Source: a virus
Direction: 5' to 3' (one strand)
Virus record (IMG/VR): IMGVR_UViG_3300037232_000040
DNA length: 64,000 bases
Part shown: positions 26,366-37,400 of the stretch, in pieces
Position numbering within the stretch: the stretch's first letter is position 1
Layout of the letters: every line of letters begins with the position of its first letter
The notes under the pieces: generated by a model
What the model was told of the DNA's origin: nothing
The model's input: only the letters and a program-made list of their open reading frames with translations
Databases searched by the model: none
Position numbers and translations under genes: made by a program

Positions 26366-27291
26366 AGGACTATGGCCTCGCGCCTATAGTCGCACAGCGT
26401 GCCTAGTGCTTCCACAGGTACCTCTAAGTCACTGTAGCTAGTAGTGCCACCACCAGGCCCACTAAGTGACTCGCTCTTTAAGCCAAGTCTGTCGTGCTTT
26501 TTATAGTTGTAGGCCACAGTAGTTAGCGCGGCCCAGCGCAAGTCCTCTGGGCACCCTATGTCGGTGCCGTAGCTTATCTGTACTTGCGCGTTAGCGTCTG
26601 CGGCATTGAATAGGTAATCACCACCACCCTGCACAAAGTACTGCCCAGGAGCCGGTGACACCTGCACTTGCTGCAATGGTGCACCGCCTACAAAGTACTG
26701 CACACCTAGATCGACTATCCAAGGTTCGTCCACCTGCACAACGTAGGGGCCACTGGCCGGTACCTGCTGCAATTCGTTGTCTACCTGCTGCATAGGAAAA
26801 CCAGCTGTGTATTGAACAACAACATTTTGCCTACCACGCAGGAATCTAGGCCAGCTATTACCACGAATAAGATAGTACTGCGAAGTATAACCACGACTAC
26901 TAGTACCGCCCATAAGCACAATGCGCTTGCCGTCATCGCTTACCTGGTAACCATAACTACCAAAGCCAATACTCAGCGGCACCTGCACGTTGTTAATTAC
27001 TAAGCTCTGTACCGACTGTATGGGGAACATACGCGTATAGAGTTCCTGCGCATCATTGCCATCACGAACTTCTGTCACAGATACGGGCTGCACAAACGGC
27101 GATTGCAGTGTGCTCTGCCATGCTCCGGAGTAGTTACCAGTGCGCCGTAGAAACATGCGCGAAATGCCAGTTATAATGCGTTGGATATTATCGTCGTCGC
27201 TGGTAGCGCTGGTGTTAACAGTTCCATCACTTGACAGGTAGCTCTTAGCACTGGCAAGAGTAACCAAATCAACCGGGCTGGGGCTTAGCAT
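26362..27291 (-). CDS. head-tail connector protein with gp6-like N-terminal domain
   Basis: N-terminus ..LVTLASAKSYLSSDG...DDDNIQRIITGISRMFLRRTG.. fits the phage gp6-like connector pattern. The 309-aa length is unusually long. Confidence 0.45.
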   Translation of the reverse strand: MLSPSPVDLVTLASAKSYLSSDGTVNTSATSDDDNIQRIITGISRMFLRRTGNYSGAWQSTLQSPFVQPVSVTEVRDGNDAQELYTRMFPIQSVQSLVINNVQVPLSIGFGSYGYQVSDDGKRIVLMGGTSSRGYTSQYYLIRGNSWPRFLRGRQNVVVQYTAGFPMQQVDNELQQVPASGPYVVQVDEPWIVDLGVQYFVGGAPLQQVQVSPAPGQYFVQGGGDYLFNAADANAQVQISYGTDIGCPEDLRWAALTTVAYNYKKHDRLGLKSESLSGPGGGTTSYSDLEVPVEALGTLCDYRREAIVL

Positions 27292-27296
27292 TGCAG

Positions 27297-27503
27297 CTAC
27301 TCCTTAACAAACAGCGCGTACACTTGCGGTTCAATTACACCGGGGCGCAGCAATAGTTCAAAACTATGCAGTCGCAGTGCGCCCTTATTTGCTAAGTTGC
27401 ACCCGTCAATAAACTCATCAAAACTGTTAAAACGTTCTCCGTGATACGTTGGGGCAACTAAATCAGCAGGTGCTTTATCGTTCCTACCTTGTAATCTTGG
27501 CAC
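27297..27503 (-). CDS. hypothetical protein, 68 aa
   Basis: AGGAG 6 nt upstream of GTG 27503. First gene after the post-capsid terminator. Confidence 0.4.
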   Translation of the reverse strand: MPRLQGRNDKAPADLVAPTYHGERFNSFDEFIDGCNLANKGALRLHSFELLLRPGVIEPQVYALFVKE

Positions 27504-27520
27504 CAGTACTCCTAACTACT

Positions 27521-27553
27521 AAAAGCAAGGCAGGCCGCTAAGCCTGCCTTGCT
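27521..27553 (-). terminator. intrinsic terminator/attenuator after the capsid gene
   Basis: Perfect 12-bp stem AGCAAGGCAGGC / GCCTGCCTTGCT (27524-27535 / 27542-27553) with a 6-nt loop, followed on the - strand by a short T-run. Confidence 0.6.
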
Positions 27554-27599
27554 CCAGTCTGTAACCAACTGGCTAGCTCTGCCTTACCTAATCAGTTGA

Positions 27600-29270
27600 T
27601 TAAGGGGCCACGAACGGACCAACACCAGTACGAATACCGGACACCCACGGCATGTAGTGCGCCAGAACTTCGTGCACATACGTACCATAAGTCCAGCTAC
27701 GGGTGGTGATGGGCCACTCAAGGCTGTAGTAGTCGCGCTGCGCCAAGAACTCGCGCACCGCAGGAATACGGCTGTGTGGGTACGGATTGTTGGCCAGATC
27801 GTAGTAGATAGTACCCAGCGGAATCATCGGGTGCATGCGGATAGGAATAGCCGCGCCACCGGTCGGATTCATGCTGTACTTAGACTTATAGCTGTCCACA
27901 AAGTAGCCACCCATCATGCTACCCTGCGAAGCCTTGTCGTACATAAAGATATACGAGTTGGTTCCAGTGGCGCTGTACGCAATGCACTGGTCAAGTGCCA
28001 GCCGCGTATCCACCGCGCTCCAGATAGTGTCCGGCTGAACCTGGAAGTTCTGCCAGAAATATTGCAGGTCGCTTTCTACTTCCTTAACCAACCCATTGCC
28101 CTGCGGCGTCAACGTGCCACCAGCCATATCCACCCAGCGGCCAAACCGCATAGCGTAAGTAAGCAGGCCGTCGAAGTCAGTAGGCGCAAAGCTGTTATCA
28201 GAACTCAGCCCGGCAAAGTTACCAGCCTGCGTGCCCTGCCCAGCCGTAGTGGTAAGGGTAAGATTGCAGGTGTTGGTAATCGCAGTGATAAACGAGTTAG
28301 CCAGCGTAGGTGCGTTATTGAAGCTGACATACCACGCGTAAGCGAACGCTCCCTGCACAGCGCCACCCGGAATGGTAGCTGTAAAACTGTTACTACCGCC
28401 ACCCGTAGTTACGCTGTTGGACAGCGCACTAATGTGGCTAACACCACCGGCCTGCGTACGTACACTACCGTCAGCGCCGTTCACAGTGTAGGTGGTGGTT
28501 AGACCACTAGTAACCGTAGGCGGAGGCACGTAGCCACCCTGCCCACCGGGGTTAAGCCCCATGCCGCTAATGGCCACCACGGCCACAGTACACACGGTAG
28601 CGTTGGCAATGCTGCCGCCCACAGCCAAGGTGGCCACCGGGGCGGTAGGTGTACCCAGCGCAAAGCCTTGATTGCCTGCGCCAGTGCCGCTGTTGCCCAG
28701 CAACGTCATCATTTCTTCACCCAAGCGCAAACGCGCAAGGTTGCGGAAATGCTCGTCACCAAGGTTGTCGGTGTAGCCTTCACCGGCGAACTGCGAAGTG
28801 AAGGTGTTGCCGCCTTCCATTCCCAGTTCCTTGTAGGTTGCAAAGTAATCAATTTCGTTCGGGGTGGCCGTAGGGCCGCGCTGGCCTTCAAGCACGCCGA
28901 CGTAAACGTTAGTGCTGTTCGGGTTGCGCGTGGCTTTCCAGTTTGCCGCCGTGCCTACTCCAGCGTTAACCTTGCCCTTCTTTCCAATCATTTGTATAAA
29001 GGGCGTGTTAATGGGGAACAGGAAGTATGCAGGGCCGCGCAAATCGTAAAAGTTAAACCCGGTGCCGGTGCTAATACCAGCTTTGATAAGGGCGCGTGAA
29101 GCGGCCTTGATAAGTGGATGGTCAACACGCCACTCCGTAGGGCTCAGGGCGCGGGCTTTGCGGCACGTATCAGCAATGCTAGCGTTAGCCAGTGCCTTGC
29201 TGATGCCTGCGCGTGCTTCTAGCACCGCACCAACGTACATATTCTGCGGAACTTTTGTAGTTACGCTCAT
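27600..29270 (-). CDS. major capsid protein (positional call)
   Basis: 556 aa, downstream of the protease/scaffold gene and followed by a strong terminator. No family motif recognised by eye. Confidence 0.55.
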   Translation of the reverse strand: MSVTTKVPQNMYVGAVLEARAGISKALANASIADTCRKARALSPTEWRVDHPLIKAASRALIKAGISTGTGFNFYDLRGPAYFLFPINTPFIQMIGKKGKVNAGVGTAANWKATRNPNSTNVYVGVLEGQRGPTATPNEIDYFATYKELGMEGGNTFTSQFAGEGYTDNLGDEHFRNLARLRLGEEMMTLLGNSGTGAGNQGFALGTPTAPVATLAVGGSIANATVCTVAVVAISGMGLNPGGQGGYVPPPTVTSGLTTTYTVNGADGSVRTQAGGVSHISALSNSVTTGGGSNSFTATIPGGAVQGAFAYAWYVSFNNAPTLANSFITAITNTCNLTLTTTAGQGTQAGNFAGLSSDNSFAPTDFDGLLTYAMRFGRWVDMAGGTLTPQGNGLVKEVESDLQYFWQNFQVQPDTIWSAVDTRLALDQCIAYSATGTNSYIFMYDKASQGSMMGGYFVDSYKSKYSMNPTGGAAIPIRMHPMIPLGTIYYDLANNPYPHSRIPAVREFLAQRDYYSLEWPITTRSWTYGTYVHEVLAHYMPWVSGIRTGVGPFVAP

Positions 29271-29377
29271 AGTGTTTATGCTATCTCCTAAAGAATTTTG
29301 AACTGAACTACCTTGTGGGCCATTACCAAGGCAGATTGGCAGACCCTACTTTGAAACAACTGCAAAGTTCTGCAGGG

Positions 29378-31282
29378 TTAGTCGTCGGTGTGGACGGTTT
29401 CAGTAAAGTCCTGCAAATCCAGCGGTACTTCGGTAGTGTTGTCGGTAGTTCCTGCCCGTTGGATAAGCTGCGGCTGCTTAATACCAGTTACTCGCACATC
29501 GGTCGGCTTAACCACTCCACCCATAGTGGTCTTAAACTGCTCAAGTAGAGCAGCCTTGGCCATAGTTTTGAACTCTCCAGTGTTCATAAACTCGGCACCA
29601 ATGGCAGCCATGGCATTCTTGATTAGAATACTCATGTCCGTGACACCATTTGCAGCTACCACAGTAGCCGCAGGAGCGGCAGGCACGGCAGCCTTGGTTA
29701 CGCTCTCAGCTGCAGCAGTCTGTGCAGCTTGATCGCCACCGGCAGCCTTAACAGCTGCCGCAGCGGCATTGGCCATGGCCTTAACCACGGCGGCGTCAAT
29801 GGCCACAACAGCCGGAGCAGCAACGGTAGTATCCGATGTAGCTTTGTCAGTATTGGCCGGAGCGGCCTTCTCATTACCTTCCTCAGCATCGCCCACAGCG
29901 CCCATAGCATCAGCAATCTTGCCGTGTTCCTTGGACGCTTTCTCACTGTGCGCTGCCATGGCCTTGTGGAAACTCTTCGTGACCTTGCAGTGCTCGTGGC
30001 CCGGCTCAGTAGCTTTGCAGGCCTCCAGGGCCTTAGCCATTGCACCGTGTTCTTCAGCTTGGTCGGCGTGGACAGCGGCCAACTTCTCGTGTGCCACAGC
30101 AGTCTTCTTAAAATGACCCTTCGCTGCCTTGACTACATTGTTTGCAGTGGTTGCCATGTAGATTGCTCCTCCTCCTCCTGCCTCAGCATTGGCAGCGAGT
30201 TCTTCGGTTTCTTCCACGACCTGATCGCGGAAAGTTTCAATTATGTTTTTGAGGTCTTCAAGCAACGCTTCCGGTAAATCAGAACCGTCATCTTCAAGCT
30301 CAGCCTCGTACTTAGCAGAAATCACAAGATAGGCCAGGTCCTGTATAAGCGCTGCCAACTGCTGGACAGCATACATTCCCTTTTCCACCTTCCACTCTGC
30401 CAGCTTAGCTTTCAAAGCCTTTGGCACTGCACGTTCCAGTGCCAGCGAAACTTTGTCAGCGTTTCCAACAACTACAGCAGTTGACACAGCTGCGGCTCCC
30501 TTCTCACTAGAAACCTGTATGTCATGCGCTTTAGCGGCACGCACAATTTTTTCCCATACCTTGTCCTTTTCGGACTCAGGTATATCACCAGTAAGGCTGA
30601 ACATAGCTATAGCCAGCCGTATGTGCTTCTTGGTTTTTTCCTCACTAGAAAACTTTATAGGCAGGTGCCACGTATCAACCTTATCAGGGTCGCCTACGTA
30701 GGCAAAAGCACTGGGCGGCAATGCTTCGCCATCTACTTCCTTTGTTTTTCCAGCCTTGCCTATAAGCGGCACGTCGTACACACTGCGCAGTTTCACCAGT
30801 TCCACGGCACCGTTGGCGCGCACCATGGTGTAGTGGGCTACGCCTAAGCAAGGGTTGTCAACCAGACTTACTTCGCTAGGTGAAACAATGTAGCGCTGGC
30901 AATTCTTAAAATCAGGGTCGGCCCACATCTTGCCGACCACCGTGCCGCCGTGGCTAAAACCGGTGTACACGTCTTCCAACACCTTTTGCCACTCATCTTT
31001 GTCAACTACCTTGAACCCCATGTGTATTTCTTTGTCTGAGTCACGGAAGTCAACGTTGATGCACTTACCAGCTGCCTTAAGTTGGTGCATGGCCCGCAAG
31101 GGAAACATATTGGCCCCGTTAGTGGCCTTAGTAAACTCATCTATCACGGCCTGGTAGTACGGCTTACTACCTTCGTAGTCACAAACCTCGTTTTCCTTAT
31201 CAGGTACTTCGGCAGTAACTAAACCCCATACTTCCTGCTGCGCTTCCAGCACTTTGCTGAAAGGTACAAAAATTGTTTTCAC
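29378..31282 (-). CDS. prohead protease (HK97/S78-like N-domain) fused to an Ala/Lys/Glu-rich scaffold-like region
   Basis: GTGA coupling with GAGGAGG. ..YTGFSHGG.. and ..SEVSLVDNPC.. resemble S78 blocks. The C-terminal 400 aa is helical and low in complexity. Confidence 0.5.
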   Translation of the reverse strand: MKTIFVPFSKVLEAQQEVWGLVTAEVPDKENEVCDYEGSKPYYQAVIDEFTKATNGANMFPLRAMHQLKAAGKCINVDFRDSDKEIHMGFKVVDKDEWQKVLEDVYTGFSHGGTVVGKMWADPDFKNCQRYIVSPSEVSLVDNPCLGVAHYTMVRANGAVELVKLRSVYDVPLIGKAGKTKEVDGEALPPSAFAYVGDPDKVDTWHLPIKFSSEEKTKKHIRLAIAMFSLTGDIPESEKDKVWEKIVRAAKAHDIQVSSEKGAAAVSTAVVVGNADKVSLALERAVPKALKAKLAEWKVEKGMYAVQQLAALIQDLAYLVISAKYEAELEDDGSDLPEALLEDLKNIIETFRDQVVEETEELAANAEAGGGGAIYMATTANNVVKAAKGHFKKTAVAHEKLAAVHADQAEEHGAMAKALEACKATEPGHEHCKVTKSFHKAMAAHSEKASKEHGKIADAMGAVGDAEEGNEKAAPANTDKATSDTTVAAPAVVAIDAAVVKAMANAAAAAVKAAGGDQAAQTAAAESVTKAAVPAAPAATVVAANGVTDMSILIKNAMAAIGAEFMNTGEFKTMAKAALLEQFKTTMGGVVKPTDVRVTGIKQPQLIQRAGTTDNTTEVPLDLQDFTETVHTDD

Positions 31283-32118
31283 GCTGCCTCCTCCGCGTAC
31301 CAGAACTTTCCGACCTTGCGTGTCACCTTAACCTCAAACCCGCCGGCCACCTTGGTAACTACAATCGTACATTCGCACCACGGATGAATAGGCAACAGCC
31401 CTATAGCTTGCTGCACGGTGTAAGGGCCGCTATCCACAACGTCATCACACTCATCGGGTTCGCCGTGGTCAAAGCTAAGCATTACACTTATCTCTTCAAC
31501 CACACCTGACTCTTGCCATGCGCTTAAACTGCCGTTGGCCTGTGCGTTACTGGCCTCCGTAGCGGCCACCATGTTGGCCCGGTACTGGCTAAAGGTAGTA
31601 GCTTCAAGTATCTGGTCGGCAAGTTCGTTAATTGTGGTGTGCTCCGCGAACGCTTGCGTAACCAATTCCTGTATATCTTCACGCGTTGTTTGCGCGATTG
31701 ACCACTCGGCATTGGGGTTGTCCACCAAGTTACCACTGTCGTCGTACTGCATACCTACCATTGCAGCTGCTCTATCCGTGGCCCACTTACGCGCTGCCTC
31801 ATTCACCGTAGTCATCATAGTGGCATCGCTTATGCCCAACTGGTACAAGCCGCGCCTAGCGTACTCAGTAGCTATGGCTACAATGTCCTTAGTAGTATCC
31901 AGCGCCAAGTCAGCCCACGGAATGCTGTCTAGCCCACTAAGTACATCGTCCTCTGCAGTCTTGCGCACCTTTACTTGTTTACGCACGTGCGCCGCTAGTT
32001 GCTTAGCTGCAACCTGCATAAACTTATGTATTATGCTGGCAATATTCTCACGGTGGTGGGTTAGCTCAGTGTGCAGCTTTCCCAGTCTAAAATATGGCAG
32101 CCGTATGTGCGTCTTCAC
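31279..32118 (-). CDS. head morphogenesis protein (SPP1 gp7 / Mu F family)
   Basis: Immediately after the portal gene. C-terminal ..PIHPWCECTIV.. matches the MuF-type H-P-x-C-x-C motif. Confidence 0.65.
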   Translation of the reverse strand: MKTHIRLPYFRLGKLHTELTHHRENIASIIHKFMQVAAKQLAAHVRKQVKVRKTAEDDVLSGLDSIPWADLALDTTKDIVAIATEYARRGLYQLGISDATMMTTVNEAARKWATDRAAAMVGMQYDDSGNLVDNPNAEWSIAQTTREDIQELVTQAFAEHTTINELADQILEATTFSQYRANMVAATEASNAQANGSLSAWQESGVVEEISVMLSFDHGEPDECDDVVDSGPYTVQQAIGLLPIHPWCECTIVVTKVAGGFEVKVTRKVGKFWYAEEAA

Positions 32119-33728
32119 TAACTGCCTCCGGCACGCACCACTTCGTACACCATGTGGTTGCTGGTAAGGTTGCGGTACTTAACCACACCCTTGCCCTTGG
32201 GTGGTTTACCGGCGGGGTTAGGCGCTGGCTCTTCAACGGTAGCTTCAGCGCTGGCGTGCGTAGCTGCGGTCTGCGCAGCTACTTGGTCCAAGCTAGCCTG
32301 CGCGCGTTCGATTGCACCTTCCAGCGGTACCACGGCAGTAGCACTTATTACCATGAGCTGATTAACTTCATCCAAATCTATAGGATCAAGCCCGCGCTTA
32401 TCGCGCACTTCAGCACGCGTAACAATACCAGCACCAACATCACTAGCGTCGGCCTGTGCCAACTTAAGTACGTCGGTTTCCTTGCGCGGATCGAACGACA
32501 TTTCATAGTCAGTAAGCCCAAACTTACGCTGGATAATGTAGTCAATCACGCTGTATTTAAGCCACATCAAGAACGGCCAGTAACCCTCCACGTCCGCTGA
32601 CTCCTGTGTTTGCTCAGCACTGGCCCGGTTCATCATCTTCATCAAGCGCTGCGGGCTGGTACCAAACGCAAAACAAATGAACCGAATTAGCAGGTCGTCA
32701 AACGGATCAGTAAGCAGCTTCTCCTTAGAAAATATAATCTGCTCTGGCTTACCGTCAGTTTGGAAGCCTTGTATCATGCGCCACTGTTGCCGCGCCCAAA
32801 GGTTGCCAGCCATTTCACTGTTAATCTGATTCATGGTACTGGCAATTTTCTCAGGCGTAGCATCAGGCGGCACCACGTGGATAAGCCCCGGTATGCTGCC
32901 TTCTGTGTAGTACGACTCTTGAAACTTAAGCCGCAGCGCACCGGTGCGGCACCAAGTAGCGGCCTGCTCAACTGGAGACATACCATATATCTGTGAGCTA
33001 AGCGTATTGCGGCGCACAATATTGCGCGGCTTGTATATCAGCTGTGTAGTGTCAAGGTTCACACGCGGCAGCCCTTCCCACAGCTGTGCATAAGCTGGGT
33101 CAGGGGGCTGTGGAGTAAAGCCATTATCATCAATGTAGCGCGTAATGCTATCACCCGGCACTACGCGTAGTTCCGCCACTTCCTCGTTAAAATTTTTGCG
33201 CACCAGCACACTGGCTGCGTCAATAACCAACATATCTTCAAGCAGGGGCCGCACCCAGGTAGCCCAGTCATCCTCGTTGTTAGGGTACTCAAAAAACCTG
33301 CTTAGTTTAAGAATGTTCTGGTCGCCCTTCTCCTTTTGCTTACGTTCCGTAGTAGTCTCACCGGGCACGGCACGACGCTGAATTTCCCAAGGCGTGAAGC
33401 ACAATTGGTCTTTAACGTTTTCTATGACCACACGTACCAGATCATAAGTAGCCAACCCCTGCAGCTCAGCCGCTGTGTACTCAGCGTCAGGCCGGGGTGT
33501 GTAGTTCATGTTTTGGCCGTAGGTTATGTTGATACCTAACGGCTCGGCGTTGCGCGGCGCAATGGGACTTACAGGCTGGCCAGCGCTAGGGAAGTTCTCA
33601 GGGCCAATACCATCAATGGTGGTACCGGGTTTTTGGTATAGCGAATTACGAAACCTACGTGCCGCGCCAATAATGCCGCCCATATCCACGATACGCAGTG
33701 GATTACCATCGTTGCCATTACGTGCCAT
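32118..33728 (-). CDS. portal protein
   Basis: 536 aa, followed by MuF-like, protease/scaffold and capsid genes. Acidic C-terminal region. Called on order and size. Confidence 0.65.
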   Translation of the reverse strand: MARNGNDGNPLRIVDMGGIIGAARRFRNSLYQKPGTTIDGIGPENFPSAGQPVSPIAPRNAEPLGINITYGQNMNYTPRPDAEYTAAELQGLATYDLVRVVIENVKDQLCFTPWEIQRRAVPGETTTERKQKEKGDQNILKLSRFFEYPNNEDDWATWVRPLLEDMLVIDAASVLVRKNFNEEVAELRVVPGDSITRYIDDNGFTPQPPDPAYAQLWEGLPRVNLDTTQLIYKPRNIVRRNTLSSQIYGMSPVEQAATWCRTGALRLKFQESYYTEGSIPGLIHVVPPDATPEKIASTMNQINSEMAGNLWARQQWRMIQGFQTDGKPEQIIFSKEKLLTDPFDDLLIRFICFAFGTSPQRLMKMMNRASAEQTQESADVEGYWPFLMWLKYSVIDYIIQRKFGLTDYEMSFDPRKETDVLKLAQADASDVGAGIVTRAEVRDKRGLDPIDLDEVNQLMVISATAVVPLEGAIERAQASLDQVAAQTAATHASAEATVEEPAPNPAGKPPKGKGVVKYRNLTSNHMVYEVVRAGGS

Positions 33729-34017
33729 GGGCTATCACCTTCTTTTCTTTATACATAGCAGCATCAAGCATAGGCACAAACCACCGACCCTTACAAACGT
33801 GGCACAGGTGCTCAACGTACACGGTGCCCAGCTTTATAGCGCCGTCTATAACCAGCACTGGGTTTTCCCACGTGGCCTTAATCTCACCATCGCAATGGCC
33901 GCACACCGGGCAGCGAGCATTCACATCTATCTGCTGCGGCAACGCTGCTGGTGGCGGTGGGGGCACCAGCAATTTAAGCAGCAATACTACAAACTTACGA
34001 AGCCAAGTCCAAAACAT
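33718..34017 (-). CDS. membrane-anchored zinc-ribbon protein, 99 aa
   Basis: N-terminal hydrophobic helix, PPPPP, then CPVCGHC ... CHVC. The 3' end overlaps the portal start by 11 nt. Confidence 0.4.
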   Translation of the reverse strand: MFWTWLRKFVVLLLKLLVPPPPPAALPQQIDVNARCPVCGHCDGEIKATWENPVLVIDGAIKLGTVYVEHLCHVCKGRWFVPMLDAAMYKEKKVIAHGT

Positions 34018-34042
34018 TGGTTTCCTTTTGATTCCGTCGAAC

Positions 34043-34153
34043 CTACATCGCTGGGTCTGCGTGCAACTCTGCGTTCATCTTCGCCTTCTGCGCGGGCGTC
34101 AACGTACTGCCTTTACTTTCCAGAAACCGAACTTGTCTGCGCGTCCAGGGCAT
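34043..34153 (-). CDS. 36-aa basic peptide (MPWTRRQVRFLESKGSTLTPAQKAKMNAELHADPAM)
   Basis: ATG one nt after the stop of 34155..34373. Host-like codon dialect. Below the track cutoff. Confidence 0.25.
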   Translation of the reverse strand: MPWTRRQVRFLESKGSTLTPAQKAKMNAELHADPAM

Positions 34154-34154
34154 T

Positions 34155-34373
34155 TTAGTTACGTGGTTCCATCTGGCGAATGTGGCAGTCCGCATTACTG
34201 CCACTGCACTTCTGTTCCGGAGAGATCCCCGGATTCGCGCCCGTACATGTCGATACAGAAGCGCCCATAACGGGCTGGCCGGTATTCGTCATGACAGGGT
34301 TTCCGGTATAGACCGACTGGGCAAACGCAGTGGAGACGAGAAATAGAAGACAGATTAGTTTCTTAATGTTCAT
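34155..34373 (-). CDS. 72-aa secreted Cys-containing peptide
   Basis: MNIKKLICLLFLVSTAFA-QS Sec-type signal at internal ATG 34373 of track ORF 34155..34442. No clear RBS. The 3' end contains one copy of a 25-nt repeat. Confidence 0.4.
   Translation of the reverse strand: MNIKKLICLLFLVSTAFAQSVYTGNPVMTNTGQPVMGASVSTCTGANPGISPEQKCSGSNADCHIRQMEPRN
34163..34187 (-). repeat. 25-nt direct repeat, copy A
   Basis: GTGGTTCCATCTGGCGAATGTGGCA, against GTGGCTCCATCTGGCGAATGTGGCA at 34388-34412 (24/25 identical). Confidence 0.95.
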
Positions 34374-34387
34374 GTTGTTGGTATCCA

Positions 34388-34412
34388 GTGGCTCCATCTG
34401 GCGAATGTGGCA
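34388..34412 (-). repeat. 25-nt direct repeat, copy B
   Basis: Lies just 3' of the stop of the 1003-aa beta-helix gene. Together with copy A it brackets the small secreted-peptide gene. Confidence 0.95.
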
Positions 34413-34420
34413 CATGCTTA

Positions 34421-37400
34421 TTAATGGTTGGTTATCAAGCAACTATTCATCAAGCGAACGGCATTTCCAGCCGTGTTAGCACTAAAGAACAGGTTCTGCT
34501 CTAGGGTCCAAGCTGTATTCGTTATAGCAGTAGGCTGTGTTGTGGAAGTCGAACTAGTTTGTGGAGTCGAGCCAGGGATTCCTAACGATTGCGGAGAGCA
34601 TATTGCTTGCGTAGCGGAAACCCCGCCAACATTCCAAACTCCTGTAGCGTACCAACCTGTCTGACTGGCCGTTGGCCCGGTTGCCGCCGTCTGGGAGCAT
34701 AGGCTGGCTGTTCCAGATCCTTTGGTTACAGTCCAACTTATCGTTGGAGCAGAACTAGAGGTGAACACTTGGTAATCTTGTTGCAATGCAAAGCGCTGTC
34801 CAGCAACAGGAGCAGGCATTGCATGTGTAGCGTTGAAATATGCCTTCGTAGCGCTCACGTCGTCAGACGCTTGGTTATTGCAGGCCAATGATACTGTTGC
34901 CGCATTGCAATTACCCGGATTTCCTGTGTTATTAACTGTGATAGAAGTGCCATGAACGAATGAAAGAATCGCGAAATGCCCTGCGCATCCCGCTCCTCCA
35001 CCAAGAACCGTTACCGGAAGACTCGCGGGATATTCAAACAACGTAGTAGAAGAGAAATTAAGGGTAGTAGATACTCCGTTGACAGACGAACCTCCCGTAA
35101 CGGTCTGTACAGCTATAGTTCCATCATCAGCCTTGGCGCACAGCAAGTCACCGGCAGAACTTTGGCAGTCGGCGGGAGTCCATGAGCCGGGGAGCGTCGC
35201 CGTATTTAGCACTGTAAGATTTGAAAAAGTGGTGTTGGCTGCTCCCGTTGGCACCCAGAACGAATCACCGGAGTAGGTTCCTCCATTCCCAAGATTGGGT
35301 GCGGCATCGGTAGTGAGCACGTCGCCCTGCACGCGCACGCCAGTTTCAGTGTTGATCTCAATATCGTGAGTCGAAGTCGCGCCCCAATTGTTGCCCACTA
35401 ACTCATCTCCGCTGTTTGCGGCTGGCTCAATACTATATGCCATCGTTCCACTAGTTCGATTGCCTTGATAACGAACGTTCCTAGTGGTTATTCCCCCAGA
35501 ACCGCCAGCGCTATAGATTCCGACGTCGGTGTTTACGCTCCCAGTTATCAGGTTGTTACTAACCAATCCAGGTCCAACATTGTTGTAGCTGGTTGCCTCA
35601 ATTACGATACCAATTTGCGAGCCTGCCAGATTATCGATAGTGTTCCCAGAAACCTCAAACCTCTGCGCACAGTCATCGACAGCAATTCCCCCAGCGGCAG
35701 CCGGAGGCAATGCACTAATCACATTGTTCATCGCTATGATGCCGTAACACGGCGTGTTCGCCCCGGTCTGCCCCCCTATCGTGATGGCATACTGCAAGGC
35801 CGAATTGACCAATAGATTGTTAGCTACGGTGCTGTACTTGCCAGCATCTTCGATTCCACCACTGTTATAAAAATGATTTCCTATCTGGTGGGAATATCCA
35901 GAGTTATTGTTGAGTCCCTTGAGTACATGGACATAAGTGTTGTACAGATCGTCAATGCGAGCACCGTGTCCAGCGTGTTGGTGACCAAAGCCGTAGAAGT
36001 CCTGGAAGTAGGTATTCCGTATCGTGACATCGGTGATGTTAGTATCAGACGAACCAGTTGCCACGATGACGTTGTAGTGGTCATAGGTAGTATCTGACGG
36101 ATTGGTGTTCTCGCCGTAGAATTGCACCCCATCAACCACAATGTGGTTAGTTCCGTTAGGATACGTGAACCAGTTGTATGCCGTGTTGGACGGATTACCG
36201 GAATCACCAATCAGATAGAGCTTGCAGCCTTCGTTGCCGATGTAGGTAGTATTACTGGATAGGTTGAATAGATTAGCATTCTTGATTTCCAGAACGTAAG
36301 AACCAAGTCCGGGGCAGATGTTGGCTGTGGACCCTACCGCTGCTGTAAGCAGGTTAGCCATTGGCGTAGCGTTGTCAGTACCCCAAATCGCGGTTTGTGT
36401 GCCGCTCGCATTAGACGATACCTGCGACAAAACTGCTACCGTGGAACTGGAGCAAGATGCGACTGTGACCGAAGAACCACTAGTTCCGTAGGTCAGCGAG
36501 TAGCCACCTGTCGCAGCATTAGGCACGCTGACAACCGCTCCAACCGGGCATGTAGAGAACGGCGCATCAGCACATGTCAGGTTGGCTGTGCTGCCATCCA
36601 TCGAACATGTAGCATCAGCAACAGCATCAGATATTGGCGATAATGTCTTAAAGTTGTACTGCGCTCCGCCCTTATCGAGCAGCGAGCCTTTAACTACTCC
36701 CCCGACTTCCGACACTCCCGTATCCTGTAACACCTTGCCTGTGCCATCGGCAAAGCCTGCACTATCGTTTGCCGTAGCCGAGCCGGGGCCGGTGACGTTG
36801 CCTCCGATCGCCGAGCCGTTAGCATACACCCCGGTTGCGTTGAGAGTTCCCGCCCCTTGTGGCCCACCTGTGGGTGAACCTATCGTAACTCCAGAACCGT
36901 TATCTGTAACGCTGCTATCTTGCAGTGTGTGCGCTGTAGCTGACCCCTTGGACAGCACATTCTGAGTGCCAGTGTAAGAAGCCTCACCAGAACCGGAGCC
37001 ACTACTACCAGCATTGCGGCTGATAGTAATGCGGCCATCCATTGTAAAAGTACCACTTCCACCCGTCCAAGTAGAAATAATCAAGTAGTACTTGTACGGT
37101 GCCTGCGGTGCACCACCGGTAAACTGACTACTCTTACGCACAGTAGCTGTGCTGCCACTGTATGTATCCAGCAAGTCGCAGTTACCCAACGTACCGCAAC
37201 CCTGCACCGTGGTGCTTACCCCAGACTGACTCCCCACCCAACCATATTCAAAAGATGGAGTTAGTCCGCCATTAGCCGGTATCTTAATTACCGTACCACT
37301 GCTGTTGGCTGTAGCCTGCAGCTCACACGCTGGTAGCCCTCCGGTAGTACAGGTATCTATAACTACCTGCTGTGCAGCCAGCGACGATATACACAACGTC

